Shown: positions 1 through 12,560 of the stretch, one piece after another
Layout of the letters: the number at the start of each line of letters is the position of its first letter
Position numbering within the stretch: the stretch's first letter is position 1
DNA from: Octopus sinensis
Lineage: Eukaryota
NCBI RefSeq assembly: GCF_006345805.1
Contig: NC_043012.1
Coordinates: forward strand, 2,914,001 to 2,978,000
DNA: 64,000 nt
Direction: 5' to 3'
Program-made: the position numbers and the translations under genes
Notes under the pieces: model-generated
The model's database searches: none
Told to the model about the DNA's origin: nothing
The model's input: only the letters and a program-made list of their open reading frames with translations

Positions 1-405
1 TATAATAATGATCAGTTTTTCTTCAAATTTGTACCTCACTCATAATTACTCATCAATCAGCTACATATCTTAACATGTTGATAAAGATACATAAAACTGT
101 TTGATCCTTTAACGTGATCCTAACTTTGTGCTTGAGTCATTTTTCACAACAAAGGTGGAAAACTAATTATTCTGTTCTAGCTAACTGGCAAGAACATAAA
201 ATATAACATATTCTTGCAAGCGAGTGTATTATATATTTTATATATCAAATTTTGAAGGTTCTCATATCCAATTGGTTAGGCAGTTGATTAACCAAAGTTT
301 TTTTCAGTTTAACATCAGAGATACTCTTCTGTGATCGAAGTCTCTTACCTGAGGACTCTTGAAGCATTTATACATAATAGGCGAATAGATACGCGCCATT
401 TGCTA

Positions 406-2640
406 TTGTTGTTTTTGTCCCATGTCAACCTGATCGTACAGGCTTAATATTAAAAGCATTTCAGCTGTGACAGTATCTTATTGTTAGGTTAAGACTACTT
501 AACGTCGTGTCAAACATGTCTTTCATTTTTTAAAGACGTTAGGGTATGATTTGAGAGAGTTTTGATTGCTGTTTCTTACAAGAAGAAGGACTACTTAAAT
601 ATTTCGTCTTATAGCTCGTGTATATATATTCCTATATTTTAACTGTAAAATTGATTCCTTGATCCATTGCTGAGACTTCTTTTGATCTGTGCTTTGTTTA
701 TTGGCAAGGTTATTTTACTCCACAGAACATCTTCACATGTTCGTCCTTCATAAAGTCAGCTGGCCATCGTACACAATATATCAATATTCAGTCTAAATCA
801 CTAACAATATTGTTCTGCCTCTGCTCGATACATTCAAGTTTCTGGATTGTTATTAAATTATTCATTGGTTTGTAACAGTTAAGATTAAATTAAACTCAAC
901 AATCAACATATTCTCTTTTCTCTTGATACAAAATACTTGGATTTTACAAAACTAAGGCTTCATCTTATTGTTGTTTAGCCCGAATCAGTTCTGATCAAAC
1001 GTTCCTGCTTTGACTATCATACCATGTTATTACCAGACTGTATCCTTGACTACATTATCCAATATGTCGTTACTAAGGAGTGTTTTGTAGAGGATGTTGG
1101 CGATTATTTCTTATCTTACAAAATCCTCCATTTCACTCAGTTATCGGATACAAAAGTTATTGTCTTCCATGCTGACCTTCCCTAGTCAAGAAGTTTTGGC
1201 TTCACTCCCCCTCTTTACCCACTCTCGATGCTTCTTCTTGCTACCAACAATACCAGTGTGGATGGGTGGTTGGTACCTTGTCACCACCTCCAAAAAGATG
1301 TCTGCGGTCGAATTTGATCACTAAACTATATAGCATCTCCTGTAACATTTCGCATGAGGGACCAACAAAGAATATGGAAACGAAATCGCCCTCAAATTAT
1401 ATCCCCCCAACTTAAAAAAATCACGGACACATTGGATAGATAACATTGTCTTGGTTATACTGTCTAAAAAACTGGATGGTCACGACTGGAATGCTTTCGA
1501 TCAGAGATCTCTTCTCTATGGATTGATCTGGAGCTAAACAAAAACGATAGTTGTCAAATGTCGTTGTTTTTAATACTGTTGTGACATTCTTCTTCTTCTT
1601 CTTCTTATTATTATTATTATTTCCTTTTCACGTTGTACAGATTAATTTGTGAAGTCTCCTAAAGTTAACAATGATGGATACAATTGCCATTGATTGTGAG
1701 ATAATATGCTGGATTACAGAGCCAGCATATAAAGAGCATCGTTTCGTATTATATGAAAAAAACCCGTTCTTGTTGTTTAATCCCACATGAGATCTGAGTG
1801 GGGGAGACATTATCAAAGATACTCGAACTGTAACCATTCCGTCTTTATTTCTGGCTGTATATCTAGAAATATGTTATCCAACGCGTCCTTCCATTTTTTC
1901 ATAAGACAGTAGGGTATGATTTAAATGTCTTTTGTTTTGGCTGTTATTTCTAGCAGGTCGAACGAACATGTCGAAGCTCATATGAAAATGTGTTAAAACA
2001 CTGGTCACTTCCAGTGTCAACGCCCACCACCTAACAAAGCATGTGTTTTTGTGCTTTAACCCCAAGTGAGTACTGATCCAGTTGACCTATGGGCAAAGGT
2101 GTGCCAGTTATGACCATCTCGTCCTTTATTCAGACACGTGTATCTAGAACAACTACATTATCTTATCCTTGGTCTCCTTCCTATTTTGTTTTAGACAGTG
2201 AGATATCATAAGAGGTCGATGTTGCTGCTATTTTAAGCAGAAAAACGACTGCTTTGAGACACCTTTCCTCAGTAACTCCAGAATGTGCTGTTGTGAAAGT
2301 TACTGTTATCATTTAATTATGGATATTACAACAAGAAAAACAAAGGCTATTTGTTTTGATCCATAAACATTAGTTTATTGGTGTTTTTTTTTAATTAGTG
2401 TAAAGGACTAGAATAATTGTTTGTTTTCTAAACAGCCCCTACTTTGGTTATTCTGTGTATCCCTGTCAGATAAAGAAAAGTATTTTCTTTCTAGCCTTGG
2501 CTCTCTTGCTTCTAGTTCAACAGCAGACCTACAAATCGAGAACATTCCAGTCATGACTTCCTCTGTTTAGAACTATATCAATATATATCCTCTTCCCTTG
2601 TTAAAATAGTAGGGTGTAATTTGGGAGAGATTTCGTCACA
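406..2640. repeat. Cluster of six diverged copies of the ~200-bp interspersed family D (about 406-605 -, 965-1135 -, 1370-1550 +, 1835-1990 -, 2050-2270 -, 2500-2640 -)
   Basis: Each copy shows parts of ctgctagaaatagcagccaaatctccctcaaatcacaccctactgtctt...cattggataatgtagtc...ggctaaacaacaac. Further copies lie near 4630, 8780, 9505, 14990, 16590, 23800, 24070, 24960, 28160, 33545, 34230, 41190, 48860, 49900, 59530 and 61540. Confidence 0.75.
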
Positions 2641-3030
2641 GGGTAAATGACTGTGCAAAGGTTACCCTTGTTGGGCCATCTCTTGCACTCTTCGTTCCAT
2701 TGGTGGATCTGTTACTTTTGATCCAGTTACATTTGAGAATAGTTTGGCTCTTGAAGACAATCTGTTACATTTTATTGTCTTTAGTACCCAAAATGTTCTG
2801 AATCCTTTCAAATGTGTGTGTGATCCTTCAGCAGTAATTGTTCTCACCCTACCTTTTTTCCTGCTTCACAAGATAAAATAAAGTTGTCATATATTTACTA
2901 AAGTATCACCAATACAGTATGGTCTATGAATAAGTATACAGAAGTCATATTTATTTAGAATAGTTGATTCTACCATGATGCCTTGTTTCACACCTTAACT
3001 AAATACATATGAACACAACATATATATATA

Positions 3031-3260
3031 TCATCATCATCATCGTTTAGCGTCCGTTCTCCATGCTAGCATGGGTTGGACGGTTCGACCGGGGATCTGG
3101 GAAGCCAGAAGGCTGCACCAGGCTCCAGTCTTATCTGGCAATGTTTCTACGGCTGGATGCCCTTCCTAACGCCAACCACTCCGTGAGTGTAGCGGGTGCT
3201 TTTTACGTGCCACCTGCACAGGTGCCAGGCGAGGCTGGCAACGGCCACGGTCGGATTGGT
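3031..3260 (-). mobile_element. 5'-truncated RTE-type LINE 3' end (family E) with (GAT)n tail; a second fragment follows at 3284-3377
   Basis: Starts with (cat)n then cgtttagcgtccgttctccatgctagcatgggttggac. The same sequence is contiguous with RTE ORF2 C-terminal codons elsewhere (45600-45700, 36060-36270). Confidence 0.8.
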
Positions 3261-3379
3261 GTATATATATATATATATATATATCATCATCATCATCGTT
3301 TAGCGTCGGCTTTCCATGCTAGCATGGGTTGGACGGTTCAACTGGGGTCTGGGAAGCCAGAAGGTTGCACCAGGCCCAC

Positions 3380-3410
<31 letters not shown>

Positions 3411-3411
3411 G

Positions 3412-3655
3412 TAGTGATGTGTGGCTTAGTGGTTAGAGTGTTTGACTCATGATCATAAGATTATGGTTTCAATTCCTGGGCTGGGCGGTGCATTGTGTTC
3501 TTGAGCAAAACACTTCATTTCATGTTGCTCCAGTCCACTCAGCTGGTAAAAATGAGTAATCCTGCAACAGACCAGTGTCCCATCTAGGTAGGGAATATTT
3601 ACACCATGAAACCAACCCTTATGAGTCAGTATGACTCAAGAAAGTAACTTTACCT
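3412..3655 (+). mobile_element. tRNA-derived SINE, family C
   Basis: A-box-like tggcttagtggttaga, B-box-like ggtttcaattcc, then gtgttcttgagcaaaacacttcatttc. Many sister copies in the window. Confidence 0.8.
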
Positions 3656-4904
3656 CACTATATATATACACACACACACTATATATATATATATATATAT
3701 ACATGCACACATCATAACAATTGGACATGTGTGTTTCTATTTCTCCATTTGTTTCTCTACTTGTCTATCCTTTCTTTTAGAAGTGTGAATAGTCAAAATG
3801 TAAAAGACATTTCCTTCTTTTCTTTTCCTATTTGGTGAGCACCAACCTAATACACTTGTGTTTGATTTTTTTTATTTCGTCTTTGTGTATTTTTTGCACC
3901 TTATACACACACACACACATGTGTGCATATATATATGTATGTATACATGTATATATTCCCTAGTGGTCCTTGGATCAAGGAATTATTGTTTTTTTGTCTG
4001 TCCTGGTAGCTCTTGGATCTAAGAATCATTCCGGGTAATTAGATTTCTTTGAAAACCTCTGCCATCAATATAGTAGTTGTTCCCCAGGTTGACCCTGTCT
4101 CAGCTACGTTTATGCTCCAGTTCAGTTGTGTGACTATTTTTTGTTTTTCCATATATCTATGATTTTCCAATGTTGTGTGATTTGAGAGAGATTTTGGCAG
4201 CAGTTTTTAGTAGGTTAAATAACAACATTAGCTTATCTACCACTGTTTTCTCTCCAGATGAGAGAGAGTATTTTCCACTTTTGATTTCCTTAATCTTTGG
4301 TGCAGCTGTCTTTCTCTGTCTTACCTCATTAGCTGCAAATTTTTTGAGCCAAAATTGCTGTTAAATGCTTTCAGTAACAGTGACAACACCAGCAGTACAC
4401 ATAGAGTTGATCTGTGAATAATCTTAGTACCGGTAGTCATATTTAGAGCAGTGAAATATTTTCAAAATATCTTTAATGTCCATCAACCCCATTCCTTAAA
4501 CAAAGGACTCCCTCCATGGTTGCTCAACTTGTAGAGATAGTGCCTAAATGTCTTACAAATCACTCACTTCTTAAGTTGAAAAAGATAGTTTGGTTACATA
4601 TGGAGTGATTTTGAACCATAAAATTATTTGTTGCTGCTGTTCTTTCACCCTGGATCAATTCTGATCCAGCAGACTTGGGATCAGAGACATTTCAGCCATG
4701 TACATCCCATGATTTGAGGAAGATCTGATTGCTATTTCTAGCAGGCCACTATTTTTTACTCTTTCTTCTTTTATCACTTAATCAGAGGAGGATTAGAGCA
4801 AGTTATCCTCTGACTGGTGTCCTGTCTAAAAGGCTTCCAACAAAGTGGAATCCACTAAAGACACTGAAAGCCTTGTACTGGTATTTAATTGAGCGACAGA
4901 TTAA

Positions 4905-5139
4905 CCCTGTAACATTTAAACTGGCCATGTCTGGCCCAGATGTTCCACCTGTTTAATGTTCAAACTGGCTAGATCCAGCCTGTCATTCCTACCCAGCAAT
5001 GTCATACTGAAAATAAGCAATCACATCATAAAAATCTTGAAACTACAAGATAATACACACACACACACACACACACATATTCAAAACAATGTGAATAAAT
5101 AAGTTTTACATTTGACAGAGTTATCTGAATACTAAAAAG
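4905..5139 (+). mobile_element. piggyBac-type MITE family P1 (diverged)
   Basis: TTAA at 4901-4904 and 5140-5143; degenerate ccctttagcat/atgctaaaggg termini; body matches the copies at 20857, 52069 and 55087. Confidence 0.75.
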
Positions 5140-5344
5140 TTAATGCTGCCATCCCAAAATATAGACAGTCCATCCAACAGATTTTCTCACATTTTACATC
5201 TACCAAATACCACTGATAAGAATTTGGCTGGCATGATGCTATATAACAGTATGCACTTGCCCAAGGTACCACACAGTGGGATTGATCTCAATGCAAATTT
5301 TTTCACTCTATATATCTATGCTGTGCATTTAATTTGATTGCTTC

Positions 5345-5688
5345 AAAATCAAAATCGATCAACATCAATAGCTGTGATACCAGTGCCACTGGTACTTAAG
5401 AGAACCATCTAAACGTGGCCGTTGCCAGCGCCGCCCTGACTGGCCTCTGTGCCGGTGGCACGTAAAAAGCACCATCCAATCGTGGCCGTTGCCAGCCTCG
5501 CCTGGCCCCCGTACCAGTGGCATGTAAAAAGCACCATCCGGAGTGGTTGGCTTTAGGAAGGGCATCCAGCTGTAGAAACACAGCCAGATCAGACTGGGCC
5601 TGGTGCAGCCTTCTGACTTCCCAGACCCCAGTTGAACCGTCCAACCCATGCTAGCATGAAAAGCGGACGCTAAACGATGATGATGATG
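5345..5688 (+). mobile_element. RTE LINE 3' end (family E) with internal ~60-bp tandem units
   Basis: ggcacgtaaaaagcacc units, aggaagggcatccagc, ends ccaacccatgctagcatg...(gat)n. Confidence 0.85.
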
Positions 5689-5845
5689 CTTAACTTTTTA
5701 CTGTGCCATTCTTTAATATTTTCATTAACAAAAGATGTAGGCATGACTATGGCAGTGTAGTCAAGAAGTTTGCTTCCAGATCAACTTGTATTACGTTTAG
5801 TCCCATAATGCAACAAACACCTTGAGCAAGTGTCTCTGCTATAGC

Positions 5846-6075
5846 TCCATAGGTCCTTCCGAGTCCTACAGACTCATCGGGCCAGTTTCTCTGGTGTATA
5901 TATTCTCCGCTGGATGGGTCACAGGTCCATCACAGGATTACTTATTTTTGCCGGCTGAGTGGACTGGAGCAACGTGAAATGAAGTGTTTTGTTCAAGAAC
6001 ACAATGCATCACCCAGTCCAGGTATTGAAACCACAATCTTACGATCATGAGTCCAACACCCAAACCACTAAGCCA
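5846..6075 (-). mobile_element. SINE family C nested in a decayed family A head (5737-5845 plus 6076-6160)
   Basis: Host SINE sequence resumes after the insert; flanked by agctcca/agcccca, a degenerate TSD. Confidence 0.7.
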
Positions 6076-6193
6076 TATGCCTCCAGCCCCAGGGCCAACC
6101 AAAGCCTGGTAGGTAGATTTGGTAAATGGAAACTGAAAAGGAGCTTGTGTGTGTCTACATATATATGATGTGTATATATTTATATATATAAAT

Positions 6194-6578
6194 AGGCACA
6201 GGAGTGGCTGTGTGGTAAGAAGCTTGATTCCCAACCACTTGGCTCTGGGGTTCAGTCCCACTCCTTGGCACCTTGGGCAAGTGTCTTCTGCTATAGCCTC
6301 GGGCCAACCAAAGCCTTGTGAGTGGATTTGGTAGATGGAAACTAAAAGAAGCCTGTCGTATATAAAAATATATATATTTATGTGTGTGTCTGTTTGTCCC
6401 CCCCACCATTGCTTGACAACCGATATTAGTGTGTTTATGTCCCTGTAACTTAGCAGTTCGACAAAAGAGACTAATAGAATAAATACTAGGCTCACAAAGA
6501 ATAAGTCCTGGGGACGATTTGTTTAACTAAAGGCAGTGCTCCTGCATGGCCACACTCAAATGACTGAAACAACTAAAA

Positions 6579-6582
<4 letters not shown>
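6194..6582 (+). mobile_element. tRNA-derived SINE, family A (full length, ~390 bp, internal (TA)n(TG)n tract)
   Basis: Head aggcacaggagtggctgtgtggtaag...gggttcagtccca; tail gactgaaacaactaaaaga. Confidence 0.9.
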
Positions 6583-6622
<40 letters not shown>

Positions 6623-7010
6623 CCCACAGGGGGCTAAACATAGAGGGGACAAATGTAAATATGTGTGTTTGTTTACATTTGTGCTCACTTACTCAAAAAT
6701 CATCATATTGAGTGGTGTTGTTAGTGGTACTTCTGCAGTCAATGCACTATTTATTCACGTCAGTCTTTCAGAACTGTGTGGAATAAGAGACATTTTACTT
6801 GAAAATCTGGTTAGAATTAGAGTCAAAGGCACCCATATGTAAAAATAGCATCTCATTAAAATACCTAACCCATGCTAGCATTGAAAAACAGTTGTAAAAT
6901 TGAATAAATGAAATGAACAGGCATTCTTTGTTATAATCATGTAGATACTTTTAGTTCACAATAAACCTACTATACTTTCAGATATGGAAATTATATACAA
7001 CTTAAACCTC

Positions 7011-7500
7011 TCAGACATTGAGCTTTAAGTTTGTAACACTTACGCATCTAGTTCTCACATATATCTTTTCTTCATAATCATTTTTGTTTTGATTTGCCAG
7101 AGATTTGGCCTTTTCTAGTTGCTCTGATGTTTCTCTCCTTGATGACTGGGAAATCTTTAGTTGGTCTTTGAGTCTGGAGTAGGATTTGTTGTTTATTTCT
7201 TTCCAGGTATGATGGTCACTATCATTGTTTAACTCCATTTAATATACTTATGATTGTAAGCATTCTAGTTGTCTTATCAGTTATATGACCCACTGTCCTT
7301 TTCTCTCCATGCAATATGTATTGTAATTAGGCTGTTATTTTTAACAGATCTAGTGACTTAGTAAAGGATTACATGTTGTTTTCATATCATGCCAGTTATC
7401 TCTACAGAAAAAGAGCTTAATATCTTACACTGAAAGGAAATAGAATTAGCTTTGTGAACGTTTTTCTGCTTGCAAAATTGAAGCAACATTTTTGATCCAA
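7011..7500 (-). pseudogene. Decayed LINE ORF2 fragment (end of the APE endonuclease plus linker)
   Basis: Minus-strand translations NSEFGSKMLLQFCKQKNVHKANSISF (like the NG.LL.FC...L..NT.F motif) and LNNDSDHH (the conserved SDH motif at the end of LINE APE domains), separated by stops. Confidence 0.55.
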
Positions 7501-7711
7501 ATTCAGAATTCTCTTTAGAGTAGACAACCTGACTTGTCTTGTACTGTTGGTTGCTATCTTGTAACCTGGTGTAGTATGGGTACCTTTGCTAGGAATTTGT
7601 AGTGTGGTCACTTACGCAGCTGTCACTTGTTATTTGCCTGGTTACTTACACCACTGCCATTTGCAGTGTGTTCATCTATACTACAGTCTTTCATAGTGTA
7701 GTTGCCTATAC

Positions 7712-8239
7712 CAGTGGTCTCCAAGCAATTTTGGACCATGAAATAGTTTCATTGAAGACAATTTTTCCATAGACTCGGGGATCAGGTATTTAACAAAACA
7801 CAATGAGTTTAATTATTATATATATAATGCAAAAACACCTTGCAATAACCAATAGAATAGAAATGAAATTAACCCTTTAGCACTTAAACTGGTCGTATCT
7901 GGCCCTAAATTTTCTACCTGTTTTATGTTCAAACTGGGCAGATCTGGCCTCTTATACCTACTGAAGAACGCCATTGTAAAAATATACTTTCACATCATTG
8001 AAATCTCAAAGCTACAAGATGGTGCATCATCATCATCGTTTGACATCTGCTTTCCATGCTAGCATGGTTGGACGGTTCGACTGGGGTCTGGGAAGCCAGG
8101 AGGCTGCACCAGGCCCATTCAAATCAATGTGAATAAATAAACATTACATTTGACAAAATAATGTTGTTTCTGTGCAGCCTGGTACCAAATGATCTATAGC
8201 CTGGTACTAGTCTAGAAACCTGGTGGTTGGGGACCTCTG
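7712..8239 (-). mobile_element. hAT (Charlie-type, MER1-like) non-autonomous element containing a P1 MITE piece (7869-8160) and an E fragment (8025-8117)
   Basis: Termini cagtggtctccaa and ttggggacctctg are inverted; subterminal gaagacaatttttcca. No clean 8-bp TSD. Confidence 0.7.
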
Positions 8240-8965
8240 GCCCAGTACTTTCTTAAGGCATGGCCATACTGGGCAGTTGCCTGGGGTCCTATGATGCTTC
8301 TAAGATAACTTCTGTCCTGGCCCATAACTTCTGTCATTTGTGTATGGTCACCTTCTCCAGTCTCTTGTAGTATGGTAATCTGTATAGTAATATGATCGTA
8401 TGTTGTTGACTGGTGTTGCTCTGGTTAGGTTTAGCTGAGTTCTTCAAAGCCATAACTAATTGTACTATAGTTGACTCAGGTTGCTGTGAAATCCATGACA
8501 TGGTGTACCATAGTACTGACATAGTATATAGTACAAATATGTAATGTAAACATTCAAACATTATCAATATCTTTCCAAATCCTGCTGCATTTCACATGGA
8601 ATTTTTGGTCCTCCAAAGTCATCTTGAGAAGTCATCTTGATATGTAAATCGACCGACCATATCAATGGGTGTCTTATTGAGATACATGACTGCTATGGTA
8701 ATGATTTGGTCTGGTTTTGCTGGAAATATTTGTAGTTTGTTCTGGTTGTGTCATGATTATAATATTGATAAGACATTGTGTATTGTTATTTACACCCAAG
8801 TTATCACAGATTGTGCCAACCTGTGATCACAAGTATTCCAATCATGACCATCCCATCTTTTTCCAGGCATGGTGTGGTTTATCCATTTTCATCTATTTTT
8901 AAGATGATAGTATGTGATTTAAGGGGATTTGGCTACTACTCAGCAAGTGGAGTGACCATGTAGAG

Positions 8966-9446
8966 CAGTGTTGCGATTCCCAACCTTTTAACTTTTAGGG
9001 AACTTTTGAAATGCATTCCATGTCCCTGGGAATCCCTGTACATAAATTATAATACACCTTTATTAATCCTTTTCTTTCTCTTGAGATTAAACAATGTCTT
9101 TGAAAGGTTTGGCAGTTCTAAATTCTTTAGACTCCACAAAAAAGATTTAAGAAATTTTGTGCTAACCAAGACCTTGTTTAGACAAATTCCCTTACAATTT
9201 CTTATTAAGAGTTCATTTTCTCTGTAGGGTCTCCTTGTCACCTATCCAGGTCGCTTTGCTACCGTGCTGGTATTTTGAAAATATTGTGCGTGTCATGACA
9301 AAATTTAAGAATATAAAATTAACACAGTAATGACACAAAAATGCATTTGCATATAATTAACCTAATTATCACTATTTCTCACAAAACTCCCTAATAACCT
9401 CTCACCGAACCCTAGGGTTCTTGAAAACCTTGGTTGGGAAATGTTG
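8966..9446. mobile_element. hAT-type MITE (~480 bp)
   Basis: cagtgtt..ttcccaacc and ggttgggaaatgttg termini; flanks atgtagag/ttgtagaa match at 6/8 as an 8-bp TSD. Confidence 0.6.
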
Positions 9447-9719
9447 TTGTAGAAACTTTGTTGTGGTGTTGGTGGTTATTTGCAATATTGATAGATTATT
9501 TTGGTGGTGTTGTGTGGCTTATTGTTTAGCCCTACATCAGCTCTGATCAAGTGGCTCTATGATTGAAAACATTTCAGCAGCATCCTTTTTAGATCCAATT
9601 CAGATTCCCATTGTCAAAATGTGCCTGTCACTCTTCTTAAACAGTAAGATATTATTCATGGGAGATGCTAAGCTATATCATTTCTAACAGATTCAGGATC
9701 CGCATAGAGGCTCACTTGT

Positions 9720-10660
9720 TTGTTGCCTTATATGTTGTGGGATTCTTTTAGTTGATTGTGCTGTTGGCTGTTCTGATGTATTGTGGTATGGTTGTGTTGT
9801 TGTTCTATCATGATACTGATGGGCTGCTGTTAGTGGTATGTTGTGTGTTTGTGGTATTAGTGATCCATTCTAGTGTTACCAGTGTCAGTTGTGTGGCTGC
9901 AGTGTTGGTGGCTTACAATGATATGTTTGTGTTGGTTGTCTCTTGTGTTGTTGATGGTTTGTTGTGTAGCTTTGGTGTTGGCGCCATGTTATGTGGCTGT
10001 AGTGTTGGTGACATACTGTGGTGTACTTGTGTTGTTGGTAGTCTGTTGTAGTTTTAGTGGTCTCTCCCGCTGTTGCTAATCTGTTGTGTGACTGCAGTGT
10101 TGGTGTTCTGTTGTGTTGTTGATATGTGGTGTGGCTGTAGTGTTGGTAACATACTGTGTATGGTTGTGTTCTGAGGCTATTGTGGTGTTAGTAATTTGTT
10201 GTATTGGTACGTTGTGTAGCTGTCTTACTAGTGATACAGTTTGTTATGGTTGTGTTGTTGATAGTCTGTTGTGTGGCTGTGTTATTGGTGACATACACAT
10301 ACTGTGATGGTGTGGTTGTGTTGTTGGTAACCTGTTGTAGTGTTGATGGTCTGGTGCATTGTTAATAGTTTGTTGTGTGGCTGTGGCATTAGTGATATAG
10401 TTTGGTATGGTTGTGTTCTTGATTGTCTGTTGTGATCAGTTGTGTTGAGTTGTTGTGTCAGCAGCATAGTTTCACTCAAGATGTACTGTTGATGTTGCAG
10501 TTGTTTTGTTAGTCCTTTGTTATGCAGCAATATCACCATTGTGGTATGGATGTGATGCAATGTAACCTTGATCTCTTATGTAGGTGGTCTGTCATTGGTG
10601 TCCATGGTAGGGTGTTGCTGTGTTGTCAGTGAATTGATACAGTTTGGCTGTGATCTGTTC
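9720..10660. repeat. Degenerate G/T-rich tandem repeat / low-complexity tract
   Basis: Recurring gtgtggctgyagtgttggtg motif near 9891, 9992, 10086, 10129, 10271 and 10375. The Val/Cys-rich ORFs here are compositional artefacts. Confidence 0.75.
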
Positions 10661-12560
10661 ATGTAGGTGGTCTGAAAATCTATCTGTTTTATTCTGAGTC
10701 ATGTTATACACTTGTCTGTGAAAATTCAAGTATTACTTAAACACTCCTATATCAAGTAACTATCTGACACTGTTGCTTCCATCTTACCCTAACAGTGTAT
10801 ATATATCTGCAGGAAATGTATATATAAATACAGCTAAATCATCACCTATCTTTGTTCCATCTTGCTGTATATTATGTTTTTTTTAGCTAGTATTTATTTA
10901 CTAACTCTGTCACCTTTCCCATATGCTTTTAAAGACTGTTTTAAGTGCCCTCTTATCAGTTATGCTAAATCTTCTTTGTTACTTGTCTGCAAAATCTATT
11001 TTGCAGTATAATAAGTCTTGGGATAGTTTATCAGCTTTACCGTTTCTATCCCCCACCAGTAACATTTCTTTGGTAATTTCATCACATGAAAGGAATATCA
11101 GTGCTTCTTCTTTATTTTATCTTTTATGTATTTGTTTGTTTCATAGAGAAGTTATTAACCATTTTCAGAAAGTCTGTCGTAATATTTTCATATGAAAGAC
11201 TTCATCTCTGCTAATGGTGGTGGTGGCAGCTTTAACAGTGGTGGTGGAGTTTGCACTAGTGTTGATTGTGTTGTGAGTGGGGATGAAGGTGGAATATGGA
11301 AAAGTTATTATCACTTTATGGAGAGAACACAGCACAATGTTTTTGTAGAGCTTTGGTAAATTCATTATTCCAGGTGAATTCCTGTCTTTGCAGTAGCAAT
11401 GGGAATGGCAATAAAAAAGGAATAAAAGAAGGTGGATTGTTTTTTAATGATGTCTGAAAGGAGACCTAATGATTTGAAATAATTGTTGGCATTCTTCCAT
11501 GAACTATCATAGTCATGTGACCTAACCATACACCTACTCATACAAAATTAACAAAGACTGAAATAATCCCTAAGGTTTCTTTACAATGTTCAAGAATTCC
11601 TATTCTTTCAGTTTATTTTGTCATTGAAATTTTGATTGCTTTTTTTCTCAATTAGGTCCTTCTTATTTTACTTTGGTTTTGTTGTTATTGTTTTAAAATG
11701 TCCTTTCAACATAATATTTTTCTTTTACTCTATTATTTCAATCATGGATTAGTAACCATTCTTGGACGCTGTCTTCAAGGCTTTTTTGTCATTTTTATTG
11801 CCCTTTTCCCTAAGTACTTAGTTTGGCATTTATTTTATCAATTTCTGTTTATCAAATGACTAGCTTTACCAGAGTTATCTTTATTTTACAGACTTCAGTA
11901 GTGCAATGTATTTACAGTTGTAGACACAGAAGCTTGTACGCTCACACATATATCCACAACTGTCTTTTATGCAATTCCTCTTTTTCAAATTTCATTGACA
12001 AGGCTTTAAGTGTGAGACTATGGTAAAAGATATTTGCTTAAAGTGCTGTACTGTGGGGTTGAACTTAGAATCACATGGTTATAAAACAAGAGTCTTAACC
12101 CTTAACCACAAAGCCATGCATGTACCCCTTGTACATGATACAAATTGATACCCTTTAGTCCACAGGTTCTCAAACATTTTCTTCAGATGTACCCCTTCAT
12201 CAAGTGTTGGTGTACTCTCTTGTGAAGAATAAAAAGAAAACGATTAGTTACCATAGAACAGGCAATAGAAATGTATTTGTTATTAATATAATTTAATGAG
12301 ATCAAATCTTGCCTTGGCCAACTTTGCTTTTCATCCTTCCAGAATCAATAAAATGGAATACATGTCAAGTACTAGAGTTGATATAATCAACACTTTCTGC
12401 CTCTAAATTTCAGGTTTTGTACCTATGTTAGAATCAACTTCATTTAATTTTATGTTATGGTTTCAGAGAAGCTAAACATCTCTAGCTCACAGCAGTAAGT
12501 GGATGGGACCAGCAACAGGCTCTTTACAAATTTTCTACAAATTTGGTAGATGGAAACTAT

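Noticed and set aside
3063-3452. Longer ORFs in the track (3063-3452, 5938-6495, 38580-38933, 42316-42701 and similar)
   Set aside because: They are read-throughs of SINE/LINE tails and microsatellites; the same peptides recur in every copy.
4325-4357. 33-nt in-frame segment QFWLKKFAANE between ag and gtaaga on minus
   Set aside because: Weak polypyrimidine tract; too short to judge without reads.
6194-6260. tRNA-like heads of the SINE families as tRNA genes
   Set aside because: A/B boxes are present, but they continue into SINE bodies; no complete cloverleaf was seen.
7011-7238. 75-aa coiled-coil-looking ORF with an in-frame gtaagt donor at 7043
   Set aside because: No good acceptor; it carries the LINE APE SDH motif, and APE-like residues lie just upstream, so a decayed LINE is the simpler explanation. 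An exon is not fully excluded.
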